Positions 18,804-29,523 of a stretch of DNA of 64,000 nucleotides are shown piece after piece. The DNA comes from an uncultured Planctomycetota bacterium. GTDB lineage: Bacteria; Planctomycetota; Planctomycetia; Isosphaerales; Isosphaeraceae. A program made the position numbers and the translations under genes. The notes under the pieces are model-generated. The model saw only the letters and a program-made list of their open reading frames with translations. It searched no databases and was not told the DNA's origin. Location: contig CAWGMQ010000011.1 in NCBI GenBank assembly GCA_963823665.1, positions 64,001 to 128,000 of the forward strand, in the 5' to 3' direction. Within the stretch, counting starts at the first letter, position 1. The number at the start of each line of letters is the position of its first letter.

Positions 18804-21800
18804 GTGATGACTTTCAGATCTTGTCCGACCCGTGAGGACCTCTCTTACTGGCTGGATGATCAGTTCGAGGCATCCGATCAGACGGAGATCGGCATCCACG
18901 TCGACTCTTGCGATCGATGCCAGAGGAAGCTGGAACAACTCACGTGCCGTCAGGCTTACGGGATCCTCGCGCTGGGTGGTCGACCGTTGCGGCCGTTTCA
19001 TCGCGACGGATTAGCAGCAATCGCCCCGGCCAAACAGCGCGCGACCTCGTTCGTGGTCCCGCCGGCACTAGAGGCCCGAACGGGCGAAGTCTCTCGCTTT
19101 CGTGGCGTTTCGACCCACGCTCAGGATCAGGATCCTGGCGACGTCACCGATTTTGGGGATGAGACATCCGCGGAGCCTGTGACCGCGGAATGCGATCGAC
19201 GCACCGGCCGATTTCCGATGGACACAGAGCCCGCCGTGGTACGGGAGCGAACGCCGGCGTGGTCCGCGATCCCTGCTTATGACGTGCTGGGGGTGATCCG
19301 AGAAGGGGGTATGAGCGTTGTCTACAAGGCGCGGCAGCGGGGCCTCAACCGCCTGGTTGCCCTCAAAATGATTCGGGGCAAGGAATGGTCGCGTCCCGAC
19401 CACCTCGCCCGTCTGCGGATCGAAGCGGAAGCCGTGGCCAGGCTTCGCCACCCGAACATCGTCCAGATTCACGAGATCGGCGAGGTCGATGGCCAGCCGT
19501 TCCTCTCGCTCGAGTTTCTCGAGGGGGGAACGCTGGAAGACCATCTGGCGGGTAATCCCCAGCCGGGAAAGCGCAGCGGCCGAGCTGATTGCCACGCTGG
19601 CCCGGGCCATCCAAACAGCACACGACGTCGGCATCATCCACCGCGACTTGAAGCCGAGCAACGTGCTGTTCACGAGCGAGGGCACTCCCAGGATCACGGA
19701 TTTCGGGCTGGCGAAAAGTCTGGAATCGGACAGCCAGCAAACCGAGTCCGGCCAGATCATGGGCACGCCCTGCTACATGGCGCCGGAACAGGCAATGGGG
19801 CACACGAAAGATGTCGGCCCGTCCGCCGACGTCTATGCGCTCGGGGCGATGTTCTACGAGATGTTGACCGGCCGTCCCCCGTTCAAGGGGCAAACTCCGG
19901 TCGACACCATTCGACAGGTCATCGAAGACGAGGTCGTGCCGCCCACCCGCCTTGTTCCCAAGGTCGCCAGGGACCTGGAAACGATTTGCCTGCATTGCCT
20001 CAACAAGGAGCCATCTCGGCGCTATCGCACGGGCAGCGCGCTGGCCGCGGATCTCGAGTGTTATCTCGCCGGTAATCCGATCAAGGCCAGGCGCACGCCG
20101 CTGTGGGAGCGCGGCATGAAGCTGGCCCGGCGGCGACCGTTGGCCACAGCAATGTGCACGCTCAGTCTGGTTGGAACACTCGCGTTCACTGGGTTCGGGG
20201 CGCAAAGCCGCGCTCGGAAGGCTGAGCTCAGAAATGCGACCGTCGTGAGTTTGCTTCAGGCCCAGGGGTTGCTCACTCAACGTCGCTGGAAGGATGCTGA
20301 CTCGATTCTGAGGGGAATCGAAGGCCAGCTTCGCGAAGAAACAGGTTTCGACGATCTGGCGACGCGGGTCGAACAAATGATCGCCCAGTGCAAGACAGAC
20401 CGGGCGATCGAAGAAGCCCGGAGCGAGTGCGAGGCGCGACAGAACAAATTCGAGCGGCTCTGGAAGGATGCCGTGTTCCAGGAAACGAACTTCACCGGAC
20501 TTGACATTCCCGGCGACAAGGCAGCCTTGCGTAAATCGACCCGGGCAGCGCTGGCGGTATTTGGCCGGCCGGGGTCCGAGGATCACTGGGCGCTGGGCAC
20601 GCTGCCGGCGAGTCTGGAAGAGCGGGAGCAAGAAGAGATCAAGAAAGGCTGCTACGAGCTTCTCCTGATCCTGGCCGAGGCCGTCGAGCAGCCCGAGGAG
20701 GGCTTGCGGCTATTGGACCAAGCCGCCGAGCTGCGACCCGCAACCCGATACTATCATCTGCGGCGTGCCGATCTGCTGGCCCGGTGTGGTGACGCATCCG
20801 GTGCGGAACGCCAGCGAGCCCTGGCGAGCGCTCTGGAGCCGTCGTCGGCTTTCGACCATTTCCTGAGCGGCAAGGAACAGTACAAGCGTAGAGACTGGGC
20901 GGCGGCACTTTCCCAGTTCGACGAAGTGCTTCGAATCCGGCCCGATCACTTCTGGGCGCACTGTCTGTCGGCTGTTTGCGCCTTGCAGCTCTCGCAGGCA
21001 ACCCGGGCCAGGGCCGAGCTGAACGCCTGTTTGCAGAGCGAGCCGGGCTTCGCCTGGCTTTACGAGCTGCGAGGCTTCGCCTCCTATCAGGTTGCGGCGC
21101 TCGCGCGCCTGGCGGCCGACGGCTTACAGGCCAAGGGGACCACGCTGCGCGGAGAGGCCCAGGTCCAGCTCAAGGCGGCCGAAGCCGATTTCAACACGGC
21201 CCTCGAATTGCTGTCGGAGCGGCCGAACGCCGAACTGCAATACGCCCTCCTGGTCAACCGCGGGCTGCTCTGGCTCGAGCGGCGTGAGTGGAGCAAGGCG
21301 ATCGCCGATCTGACCTCGGCGATCCGGCTCAAGCCCGCTCAGTGGCAGGCCCACGAGATGCTAGCCCAGGTGTACGACCGCGAAGGTAAACCCGATCAGG
21401 CCATCGAGCAGTTCACCCAGGCGATCGCCCTCCGTCCCGTCATGGCGGCGCTTTACCGCGCCCGCGCCAAAGTCGAGCTGGGGCGCCGGGAACAAATCGC
21501 GAGCGGGCGAGAACGCGCCCTCCGCGACCTCGAGACCGCCATCCGGCTCGAACCTCCCGGCAGCTCTTTTCTGGCAGGCGACCAGACCAATCGGGCTCGG
21601 CTGCTGCACCGCGAGCATCGCGAGAACGAGGCCCTCTCGGCGGCAGAGGCGGCGATTGCCGCCGACCCTGAGTTCCTCGACGCGCATCTGCTGCGAATCA
21701 ATGTGCTCCGGAAACTGAAACGTCATTCCGAAGTCATACGGTCGTGCGACGTCCTGCTCGCAAGAGGCAAACCGTCTGCGGACCTTTACGAGCTCCGCGC

Positions 21801-22389
21801 GCTGGCAAAGCAAGACCTCAAGGATCATGACGGCGCCATCGAGGACAACACTCTGGCCCACGCCATGCGGCCGCGAAGCGCGGCGATCCTGGCACGGAGG
21901 GGAAAGCTCTTCCTGATTTCCGGTGCTTCAAACCTGGCGCTTCGCGACTTTGAGGCGGCGATCGATCTGGATCCGTCGGGCCCCGCGAGCGCCCTAGCCT
22001 ACGTCGGCCGCGGTGAAGCTCGTGCGTCCCTCGGCCTCTTTCGAGATGCCCTCGCCGACGCGGCGCGAGCCGTGAAGCTGGGCAAACCGACCGATGAAAC
22101 GCTCTACAGCGCCGCACGGATCCACGCACAAGCCGCAGGCGCGGCGGCCGCCGAGGTGAAGAAGACGGGCAAGGCCGCCGCGTTTCTGGCATCGCACCAT
22201 CAAGATCAGGCGCTCGAGCTGCTGCGTCAGGCAATCGCCTCCCTGCCGGCCGCAGAGCGCAGGAGTTTCATGCACGATGTTGCTCAGACCGACCCGGCTC
22301 TCGCCGCCATTCGCCATCGCCTTCGCTCTGTGGACCTGGCCGGAGCCGCTCTTCCTTCAGACCGCTCGGAAACTCAACCTCAAGACTAG
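18804..22389 (+). CDS. Ser/Thr protein kinase with N-terminal zinc-finger (HxxxCxxC) anti-sigma-like domain and C-terminal TPRs; frameshift near 19570
   Basis: CPTREDL...HVDSCDRC, EGGMSVVYKA, VALKMI, HPNIVQIH, HRDLKPSN, DFGLAK, GTPCYMAPEQ, DVYALG, one TM segment, many TPR-like repeats. Confidence 0.9.
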
Positions 22390-22449
22390 AAAGCGGCGTT
22401 CCGGCCAGTTGATGAGGACCGCTTTGGAACCGACTCGGGAGCTTTGTCG

Positions 22450-23877
22450 ATGACCGCGATGTGGAACTTCGAGCGAACCATCCGCCTGTTATCGGGTCGC
22501 ACACGCCGGGCCGTCCCGACACGCAGGGAAGTTCGCTTCCGCCCCGGCGTCGAAGCGATTGAGGGTCGGACGCTCTTATCCAGCTTCGCGGGGAGCAACT
22601 CCCTCGAGAACGTTGCCGGCCCTCCTACGCTGGCGGTCATCAATACCGACCGGGCCGTCGAGTCCGGCATATTAGCCAACATCGGCCGCGGCGCTCAGAC
22701 CGTCGGACAGCCGGACAACACTCCGGGGCCGTCATTCGTCGGTGACTTTGACGGCAAGACCGATCTGCTGACCGTGAATCCCTCATCGAACGACCTTACG
22801 CTGATTTCCGGTTATGGCGGCCCGAAGCCGGTCACGACGACGATCTCCTCGGCGGGAGTCGACCCTCGTATGGCCCTCACGTTCACCACGCCAAACGGCT
22901 TCGACAATCTGGTGCTGGCCAATACCGGAGACGGAGTCCTGACGCTCTTCGAGGGCACTTCCAAGGGACTGGTGCTGGTTTCCAGTGTGACCTCCGGTGA
23001 CCTGCGCCACGCCACGGCGCTCGAGTTCCTGGGAATCAGTGGCCATGACGTCCGGTTGTTCGTCCTCCGCGGAAACCAGACGGCGGGCGAAGTGGAGGTC
23101 CTCAGCCTGACCGGCGGTAACATTCTTTCGGGTCAGCCGGGGCCGAACTCAACGGGCTCGAGCGGCATCGCTCAGCTTGTCCCGCTGCAAGAATCGTCGC
23201 TGGCCCTGATTGGAACGCTGCTGCCCGTGACGCCGGACGCCCCCGCAAGCGCGCCGTCCTACGCGGTCGAGGCCATGGCGGCCCCGACGCTCGAATCCAG
23301 CACACCCGGGTCACTGGGCCAGCCACTGCTGGCCCGCGCGATTCGCTTCGCAGAGGCCAGGGCGGGGAACGAGGCGCCCATCAAAATCGCTGACGGGCCC
23401 GTCGTGCCCGGAGGCAAGAGCGGCGCGGCCTGGCAGCAGTACGTGCTCGGCACTGATGAGGCGCTCAACCAGTTCGATCGCGAGCATCCGGACCTTTCCC
23501 GGGATGGTTCGCAAGACGTGCCGGTCACGCGGTCCGGCGACGGCAGGAGTGACGCCGATAAAGCCGTTACCGCAGTCATGGCGTTGCCGGAGAGTCCGTT
23601 CTCGACTGCAAACCAGGTCGCGATTGCAGCCACCACTGACCAGGCCATCGACCTGCTCGGTGGCCATGATCCGGTCGTGGGAGGCCAAACATGGTGGCGC
23701 GAAGAGACGACGGTCGAAGCGGGATTCAGGTCCCGGCTGGCGGCGACTCGGGGCCGTTTGTCGGCTTGCCTGTTTATCACAACGGTGGGCGCAGGTTGCC
23801 TTTACCTGCGCCCGGCAAGCCGTCGAGGCCGGGCGAACGGTCGAAGGATCGAGGCTCGCCGGCGCCAGACGACGTGA
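22450..23877 (+). CDS. Putative secreted protein with planctomycete extracellular motif and FG-GAP-like segment
   Basis: RFRPGVEAIEGRTLLSS motif, VGDFDGKTDLLTVN, hydrophobic C-terminal segment followed by basic residues. Confidence 0.65.
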   Translation: MTAMWNFERTIRLLSGRTRRAVPTRREVRFRPGVEAIEGRTLLSSFAGSNSLENVAGPPTLAVINTDRAVESGILANIGRGAQTVGQPDNTPGPSFVGDFDGKTDLLTVNPSSNDLTLISGYGGPKPVTTTISSAGVDPRMALTFTTPNGFDNLVLANTGDGVLTLFEGTSKGLVLVSSVTSGDLRHATALEFLGISGHDVRLFVLRGNQTAGEVEVLSLTGGNILSGQPGPNSTGSSGIAQLVPLQESSLALIGTLLPVTPDAPASAPSYAVEAMAAPTLESSTPGSLGQPLLARAIRFAEARAGNEAPIKIADGPVVPGGKSGAAWQQYVLGTDEALNQFDREHPDLSRDGSQDVPVTRSGDGRSDADKAVTAVMALPESPFSTANQVAIAATTDQAIDLLGGHDPVVGGQTWWREETTVEAGFRSRLAATRGRLSACLFITTVGAGCLYLRPASRRGRANGRRIEARRRQTT

Positions 23878-24113
23878 GCACCTGGACCATCCCCCATCGA
23901 AAGCGTTTACTTGCACTTCCTGGATTCTGATCCAGCGCGGCGGCGACAGGCGGGTCAACAGCAACGCTCTGGGAACTGTTCGCCTGCGTCCTGCACCTGT
24001 TATCATGGAGCTCGGTGACGGCCGTATTCTGACGGTCTGGTCGCCACTTCGCTCGCCCAGCCGGCGGTCGTCGCTCCGATCCCGCGCCGCCCTGTAATGC
24101 AAAGTCGCGCCTA

Positions 24114-24713
24114 ATGTCGACGGACCCGAACAAGGAAACATCGGGCACGCTGATGATGCGGATCCAGGAGGATCCGGCCGATCGGGCTGCGTGGGATGAG
24201 TTTGTCGAGATCTATCAGCCGATGATCCGCGATTGGTGTTTGCGGTGGGGTTCGCAGCCGGCGGACGCGGAAGACGTCGCGCAGCAGGTTATCCTCAAGC
24301 TGCTGACCGCCATGAAGAACTACCGCCGCCTGGTCGGCTCGGGCTTTCGGGGCTGGCTCAAGACCGTGACCCATAATGCGTGGCTCGACTTTGTCACTTC
24401 CCGCCAGAACTCGGCCCAGTATCCGGGATCCATCGACTCGATCACCGATTCAAACGATGCCCTCGCGGACCTGGAAGCGGAAATGCAGCGTGCTTTCGAA
24501 AATGAACTGCTGTCGCTGGCGATGAGCCGGGTGGAGGCACGCGTCAAGCCCAGCACGTGGGAGGCGTTCCGGCTCACCGCCATCGAGGACATGCAAGGGG
24601 TCGAGGCCGCGGCGAGACTCAACATGGAAGTGTCAAATGTGTTCGTGCACAAGCATCGCGTGATGAAACTACTGGAAGCGGAAGTGAGGATCTTGAAGGG
24701 CGAGCGCGGCTGA
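24114..24713 (+). CDS. ECF RNA polymerase sigma factor
   Basis: TSGTLM..AAWDEFVEIYQPMI..DAEDVAQQV..FRGWLKTVTHN (region 2) and WEAFRLTA..EAAARLNM...VF (region 4). Confidence 0.92.
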   Translation: MSTDPNKETSGTLMMRIQEDPADRAAWDEFVEIYQPMIRDWCLRWGSQPADAEDVAQQVILKLLTAMKNYRRLVGSGFRGWLKTVTHNAWLDFVTSRQNSAQYPGSIDSITDSNDALADLEAEMQRAFENELLSLAMSRVEARVKPSTWEAFRLTAIEDMQGVEAAARLNMEVSNVFVHKHRVMKLLEAEVRILKGERG

Positions 24714-24899
24714 CGGAAGGCGAATCGGCGGGAAATGTCGCAAAACGCCGTTCCAAAGGCGAGCGGCAGACCTCGAAGCAGTCGTGAATTCTGCGGACGA
24801 GGTCGACTCTGAGCGCGCAAGAAACGCGGGCGGTCGCAGACGCCCTTGATTCGGTTGCTCTCCTTGTGGAAAATCTGAGGCTCAATCGGAGTCAAAGCG

Positions 24900-25502
24900 A
24901 TGGGCAAGAAAGATCAGCGAGTCGACGCGTATATCGAAAAATCGGCGGAGTTTGCCAAACCGATCCTCAACCATTTGAGAGCGATCGTGCATCAGGCCTG
25001 CCCGGAAGTGGAAGAGGCCTACAAGTGGAGCTTTCCTTGCTTCATGTACAAGGGCATGTTCTGCAACATGGCGGCTTTCAAGGAGCACTGCGCGTTTGGC
25101 TTCTGGAAAAGCAAGCTCATTGTCGATAAGAAGGGACAAAGCCTCGAGAAATCCATGGGTCAGTTCGGGCGGATCACCAAGCTTGCCGACCTGCCGCCCA
25201 AGAAAGTGCTGGTCGAATACATCAAGCTGGCCAAGAAGCTCAACGATGATGGGGTCAAGGCTCCAACTCGCGTCAAGAAACCGCCGAGAGAGCTGGTCGT
25301 CCCGGATGATCTCACCAAAGCGCTCAAACGAAACAAGGCGGCCCAGGCCACCTTTGACAAATTCAGCCCGAGCAACAAGCGTGAATATGTTGACTGGATT
25401 ACCGAAGCCAAGACAGAGGCGACCCGGAACAAGCGGCTCGAAACTGCGATTGAATGGATGGCCGAAGGCAAAACGCGAAACTGGAAGTACATGAATTGCT
25501 AG
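24900..25502 (+). CDS. YdeI/OmpD-associated family protein (DUF1801 + OmdA)
   Basis: VDAYIEKSAEFAKPILNHLR...KWSFPCF...AAFKEHCAFGFW; C-terminal FDKFSPSNKREYVDWITEAKTEATRNKRL. Confidence 0.9.
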   Translation: MGKKDQRVDAYIEKSAEFAKPILNHLRAIVHQACPEVEEAYKWSFPCFMYKGMFCNMAAFKEHCAFGFWKSKLIVDKKGQSLEKSMGQFGRITKLADLPPKKVLVEYIKLAKKLNDDGVKAPTRVKKPPRELVVPDDLTKALKRNKAAQATFDKFSPSNKREYVDWITEAKTEATRNKRLETAIEWMAEGKTRNWKYMNC

Positions 25503-25561
25503 ACTTCCGGCGCGAGGCGCTCTCGAGCAGCGCCTGGCCCAGCGGCTCGCGAGGAAACTCA

Positions 25562-26449
25562 GTGACGGCTCAGCTCCTGGATGGGAAATCACTTGCAGAG
25601 AAAGTCCGCCGCCAGGTTGCGGAGGAAGCGAGCGCATTCACTGCCCGGACGGGCGTTGTGCCGGGGCTCTCCGTCGTGCTCGTGGGCGAAGATCCTGCCA
25701 GCCAGGTTTACGTGCGAAACAAGGCCGCGGCAAGCAAGAAGGCCGGGATGAACGGGCACGTACTGCGCCTGCCGTCGAACATCTCCGAAGCCGAGCTCTT
25801 ATCAACCATCGACCGGCTCAACAGTGCCCCCGCCGTTCATGGCATTCTGGTGCAGCTTCCCCTGCCGCCGCAGATAAACGAGTCGATCGTGGTCGAGCGG
25901 GTTGATCCGGCCAAGGACGTCGACGGCTTTCATCCCGCCAACTTCGGGTTGCTCGCGGCCGGCACGCCGCGGTTCGTGCCGTGCACGCCGCTGGGCATCC
26001 GAGAGCTGTTGCTCGACGCCGGGATCGAGACGCGGGGCGCCCACGCCGTTATTCTAGGGCGATCGCGGATCGTGGGCCGGCCGCTTGCGTTCCTTCTGCT
26101 CCAAAAAGCCCCTGGAGGAGAGGCGACCGTCACGGTGTGTCATACAGCCACGCCCGACGCCGCGGCGTTCGCGCGCGAAGCCGACATTCTTTTCGTCGCG
26201 ATGGGGCGCCCCGAGCTCGTCACGGCGAGCTGGATCAAGCCGGGCGCCGTCGTGATCGACGTGGGCATTCACAAGAAAGCCGACGGCCGGCTTTGCGGCG
26301 ATGTGGAATTCGAAAGCGCTTGCCGCGTGGCCTCGCACATCACGCCGGTTCCCGGCGGCGTCGGGCCCATGACGATCGCCATGCTGCTCAAGAACACGTT
26401 GCAGGCAGCCAGGATGGCGGTCGCGGCCGGCTCGGCAGGGAGCGAATGA
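25562..26449 (+). CDS. folD: Bifunctional methylenetetrahydrofolate dehydrogenase/cyclohydrolase
   Basis: LLDGK, VGEDPASQVYVRNK, HGILVQLPLP, KDVDGFHP, PCTPLG, GRSRIVGRP, ITPVPGGVGPMTIAML. GTG start with GAGG SD. Confidence 0.97.
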   Translation: MTAQLLDGKSLAEKVRRQVAEEASAFTARTGVVPGLSVVLVGEDPASQVYVRNKAAASKKAGMNGHVLRLPSNISEAELLSTIDRLNSAPAVHGILVQLPLPPQINESIVVERVDPAKDVDGFHPANFGLLAAGTPRFVPCTPLGIRELLLDAGIETRGAHAVILGRSRIVGRPLAFLLLQKAPGGEATVTVCHTATPDAAAFAREADILFVAMGRPELVTASWIKPGAVVIDVGIHKKADGRLCGDVEFESACRVASHITPVPGGVGPMTIAMLLKNTLQAARMAVAAGSAGSE

Positions 26450-26453
26450 TCGC

Positions 26454-27314
26454 ATGTTCAAATTTGGAATTTGCAATGAACTATTCGAAGGGATGGAATT
26501 CGCCCAGGTTTGCCGGCTGGTCGAGGACCTCGGCTATGACGGGCTGGAAATCGCACCGTTCACGCTGGCACGATTGATTACCGAGTTGACCGCGGCGCGG
26601 CGCCGAGAGTTACGCATGATGGTCGAGGACGCCGGGCTCGAGACGATCGGGCTGCACTGGCTGCTTGCGAAAACCGAAGGTCTTTATCTGACATCGCCCG
26701 AGGCCTCGGTGCGCCGCGCGACGGGCGAGTACCTGGTCGCACTCGCCGAGGCCACCCGCGACCTTGGCGGCACGCTCATGGTGCTGGGCTCGCCCAAACA
26801 ACGGAGCTTGCTGCCGGGTGTCAGCTACGAGCAGGCGTTCGGATATGCAGGCGAGGTCTTTGATCGAATCATGCCGGCGATCGGTGACGCGGGGGTGCAT
26901 CTGTGCTTTGAGCCGCTGGCGCCGAACGATACGGATTTTGTGAATACGTGCGCGCAGGCCACCGAGCTTGTTCGCCGGGTTGGTCATCCGCACTTCAAGC
27001 TGCACATGGACGTGAAGGCCCAGAGCAGCGAGGTCGGGGCGTCGGTTCCGGAGTTGATTCGCAAGTACGCAAGAAACGCCGGGCATTTTCATGCTCAAGA
27101 CGTCAACCTGCGCGGGCCGGGAATGGGGCAGGTTGACTTCAAGCCGATCATGCAGGCGCTTGTTGATTCGGGGTACGCGGGGTGGGTTTCAGTTGAGGTG
27201 TTTGATTTCTCCCCGGGTGCCGATGAGACCGCGAGGCAGAGCATCGCGTGTCTGAAGGACGCGTTGGGGATAGCTCGGGGTGGAGAGCCCGGAGCGCCGG
27301 CGCGAACCGCATAG
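26454..27314 (+). CDS. Sugar phosphate isomerase/epimerase (D-psicose/tagatose 3-epimerase-like TIM barrel)
   Basis: GYDGLEIAPF, GLHWLL, GSPKQR, FEPL, LHMDVKA, HFHAQD, VSVEVF metal ligands. Confidence 0.88.
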   Translation: MFKFGICNELFEGMEFAQVCRLVEDLGYDGLEIAPFTLARLITELTAARRRELRMMVEDAGLETIGLHWLLAKTEGLYLTSPEASVRRATGEYLVALAEATRDLGGTLMVLGSPKQRSLLPGVSYEQAFGYAGEVFDRIMPAIGDAGVHLCFEPLAPNDTDFVNTCAQATELVRRVGHPHFKLHMDVKAQSSEVGASVPELIRKYARNAGHFHAQDVNLRGPGMGQVDFKPIMQALVDSGYAGWVSVEVFDFSPGADETARQSIACLKDALGIARGGEPGAPARTA

Positions 27315-27328
27315 CGGCCCGACCGCCT

Positions 27329-28006
27329 TCACGTATAAGGCAGGTTGTGGATCAGGATTTCAAACTGATCCCGAATCCGCTTGACTGCCCGCCGCAACTC
27401 GCGGGCGAGGATGAAGGGCGGCCAGACGAGGATCAGGCTGATCAGCATTGCAAAGACGTTGTCCGCGCGCGTCGCGAGCTGTTGGCTCGGGATAACGACC
27501 GCGAATTCCACGAAGAGTCCGACCAAGATTCCACCAAGCCCAAGCGCGATAAAGAGCCAGCCGCCCTGCACTTGATCGCGGTAGTTGATTGTTTCGACGC
27601 AGTATTCGATTCGCGTCTTGTTCCCCACAACAGAGAATCGAGCCGTGCCCCGGCGGAAGCCGATCCCATTCCATTTGATCGACTCGAGCGAGGTGCCAGC
27701 CGTCTCAAAGCGGATTTCGTTCTGGTCGGCAGCGGTGATCTTCACGGTCGCGCCGAGGATGCCGAGACCATTGTGCGCCAGCGTTTGAGCGAATTTTGGC
27801 GCGAGCAAGCCGGGCTCACCCGGGACCTCGGCGCTCCCCGCGATCGTCGCTGCAAGGTTCTCGGCGGGGCAAACCCGGGCGGCCTCGTCCGACACAGCCT
27901 GGCGTTCGCGAGTGGCGCGCAGCATCACTTGGATTGCGATTACCCATATCATGAGCCCGATCGTGGCGATCCCGACGACGATCGCCGTGGCGATTTCAGT
28001 ATTCAT
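27329..28006 (-). CDS. Hypothetical membrane protein (3 TM), paralog of 28049..28720
   Basis: N-terminal TM plus two C-terminal TMs; shares IAGSAEVPG, KITAAD, TRIEY, WPPF, HNLPY with its neighbour. Confidence 0.75.
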   Translation of the reverse strand: MNTEIATAIVVGIATIGLMIWVIAIQVMLRATRERQAVSDEAARVCPAENLAATIAGSAEVPGEPGLLAPKFAQTLAHNGLGILGATVKITAADQNEIRFETAGTSLESIKWNGIGFRRGTARFSVVGNKTRIEYCVETINYRDQVQGGWLFIALGLGGILVGLFVEFAVVIPSQQLATRADNVFAMLISLILVWPPFILARELRRAVKRIRDQFEILIHNLPYT

Positions 28007-28048
28007 GAAGAACCTCGCTTCAAAGTGTTCTTCGCGTCGGTCAGGCCC

Positions 28049-28720
28049 TCACGCGTAAGGCAAATTGTGAACCAAAGCCTCGAACTGGTTTCGGATCAGC
28101 TTGACGGGCTGCCTTGAGATGTGGGCAAACAGGAACGGCGGCCAGATGAAATGAATGACTTGAATCATCTGGAAAGCCTGGGCGCGAATGGCGGCCTGCG
28201 GGCTGGGAATCACCACGGCGAATTCCACACAGAGGCCGATCACAAGCGCAGCGAGCCCGAGTGCGATGCATAGCCAGCCAAGCGCCAGCAGAGCGCGACC
28301 GGACCCGGCTTCGACGCGGTATTCGATTCGGGTCTGGTTCCCTGCACTCGAGAACCGGACCACGCCCCGGCGAAGGTTTGCCGGTGGGGGGCCGGAGTCG
28401 CCGGGCGTGTTGCCAATCGCTTCGAAGCTGACTTGTTTTCGATCAGCGGCGGTGATCTTGATAGGGCCGAGGAAGCCCAGTCCGTCGCGTGCGAGCCGCT
28501 CAGCCAGCTTGGCTGAGAGGTCGTCTGGATTTCCTGGCACTTCGGCAGTTCCGGCAATCGTGCCGGCCGGGTTGTCGGCTCCAATCGCGAGCGCGTCCTC
28601 GTCTGCAAGGGCGCGGCGTTCCTGGGTGGCGCGCAGCATCGTCTGAAGCGCAAACATCCATACCACGAAGCCGACGATGGCAATCCCGACCACGATGGCT
28701 GTCGCGAGCTCAGGCTCCAT
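28049..28720 (-). CDS. Hypothetical membrane protein (3 TM), paralog of 27329..28006
   Basis: MEPELATAIVVG start at 28720; collinear similarity to the downstream gene. Confidence 0.75.
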   Translation of the reverse strand: MEPELATAIVVGIAIVGFVVWMFALQTMLRATQERRALADEDALAIGADNPAGTIAGTAEVPGNPDDLSAKLAERLARDGLGFLGPIKITAADRKQVSFEAIGNTPGDSGPPPANLRRGVVRFSSAGNQTRIEYRVEAGSGRALLALGWLCIALGLAALVIGLCVEFAVVIPSPQAAIRAQAFQMIQVIHFIWPPFLFAHISRQPVKLIRNQFEALVHNLPYA

Positions 28721-28808
28721 GCACGGCCCCGTTTTGAAAACGTGCGGAAAATTGCGCTGCCGCATTCCAACGAAAGACTGGCCGGCCGTCAAGCGCCTGC
28801 GCTCTGAA

Positions 28809-29441
28809 TCAGAAGCGCGCATGGAAATCCCACCAGCTCGTTAGCGGCAGGGTGACGATCCAGAACCATCCGAGCGTTCGGCCCACACGATCGACCCAGC
28901 TCCGCTCGGGCCGCCACCGGCCGCTTGCGAGCATGAGCATCCAGCTTGATGCCACCGCAAGGCCGATCATCGCCATTGTGCCCAGGAAGTGATCGGTGTC
29001 AAACGAGAGCAAGCCTGGATTCCCCGCCACGATGCATCCCTTTGGCAGGTCAAGGCGGGGGTTCCAGACCGCGAGCCCCGGATCGCTGCCGACACGCCAG
29101 TACATCGTTGCGAATCCGGAAAGACGGAATGCGAGGACCGCAGCGGCCAAGAGCCCTGCGACCAAGCCCGGCTGCCGGATCAGCCGGCGCCAGCGTGGCC
29201 GTGGGCGGCGGAGCCTCAGAACGAGAATCGCCAGCGTCCACGCCATCGCGAACGGGGATGCCAGTACCAGGCAGCTCCAGAGACCGTTAACCCATCCGGT
29301 AAATCGTGGTGCTAATCCGATCGGCGGCCCCCAGTACACCCAGGTCACGCCATAGTACGGCTTGAAAACGGCGAGCCCGACCGCCGTCGCCGTGATCAGC
29401 ACGATCGCATCCGAAAGGCGAAACCTTCGTGGGGTCGTCAT
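28809..29441 (-). CDS. Hypothetical multi-pass membrane protein, paralog of 29524..30156
   Basis: MTTPRRFRLSDAIVL...RLRRPRPRWRRLIRQPG...SGRWRPERSWVDRVGR. Confidence 0.75.
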   Translation of the reverse strand: MTTPRRFRLSDAIVLITATAVGLAVFKPYYGVTWVYWGPPIGLAPRFTGWVNGLWSCLVLASPFAMAWTLAILVLRLRRPRPRWRRLIRQPGLVAGLLAAAVLAFRLSGFATMYWRVGSDPGLAVWNPRLDLPKGCIVAGNPGLLSFDTDHFLGTMAMIGLAVASSWMLMLASGRWRPERSWVDRVGRTLGWFWIVTLPLTSWWDFHARF

Positions 29442-29523
29442 GGGGATCCTCGCTCGCGAAATTATGCACAATGAGCCAGGTTTTCGAAGCCATCGATCGC
29501 GATCGGCGCGAAGAGGGTTCGCT

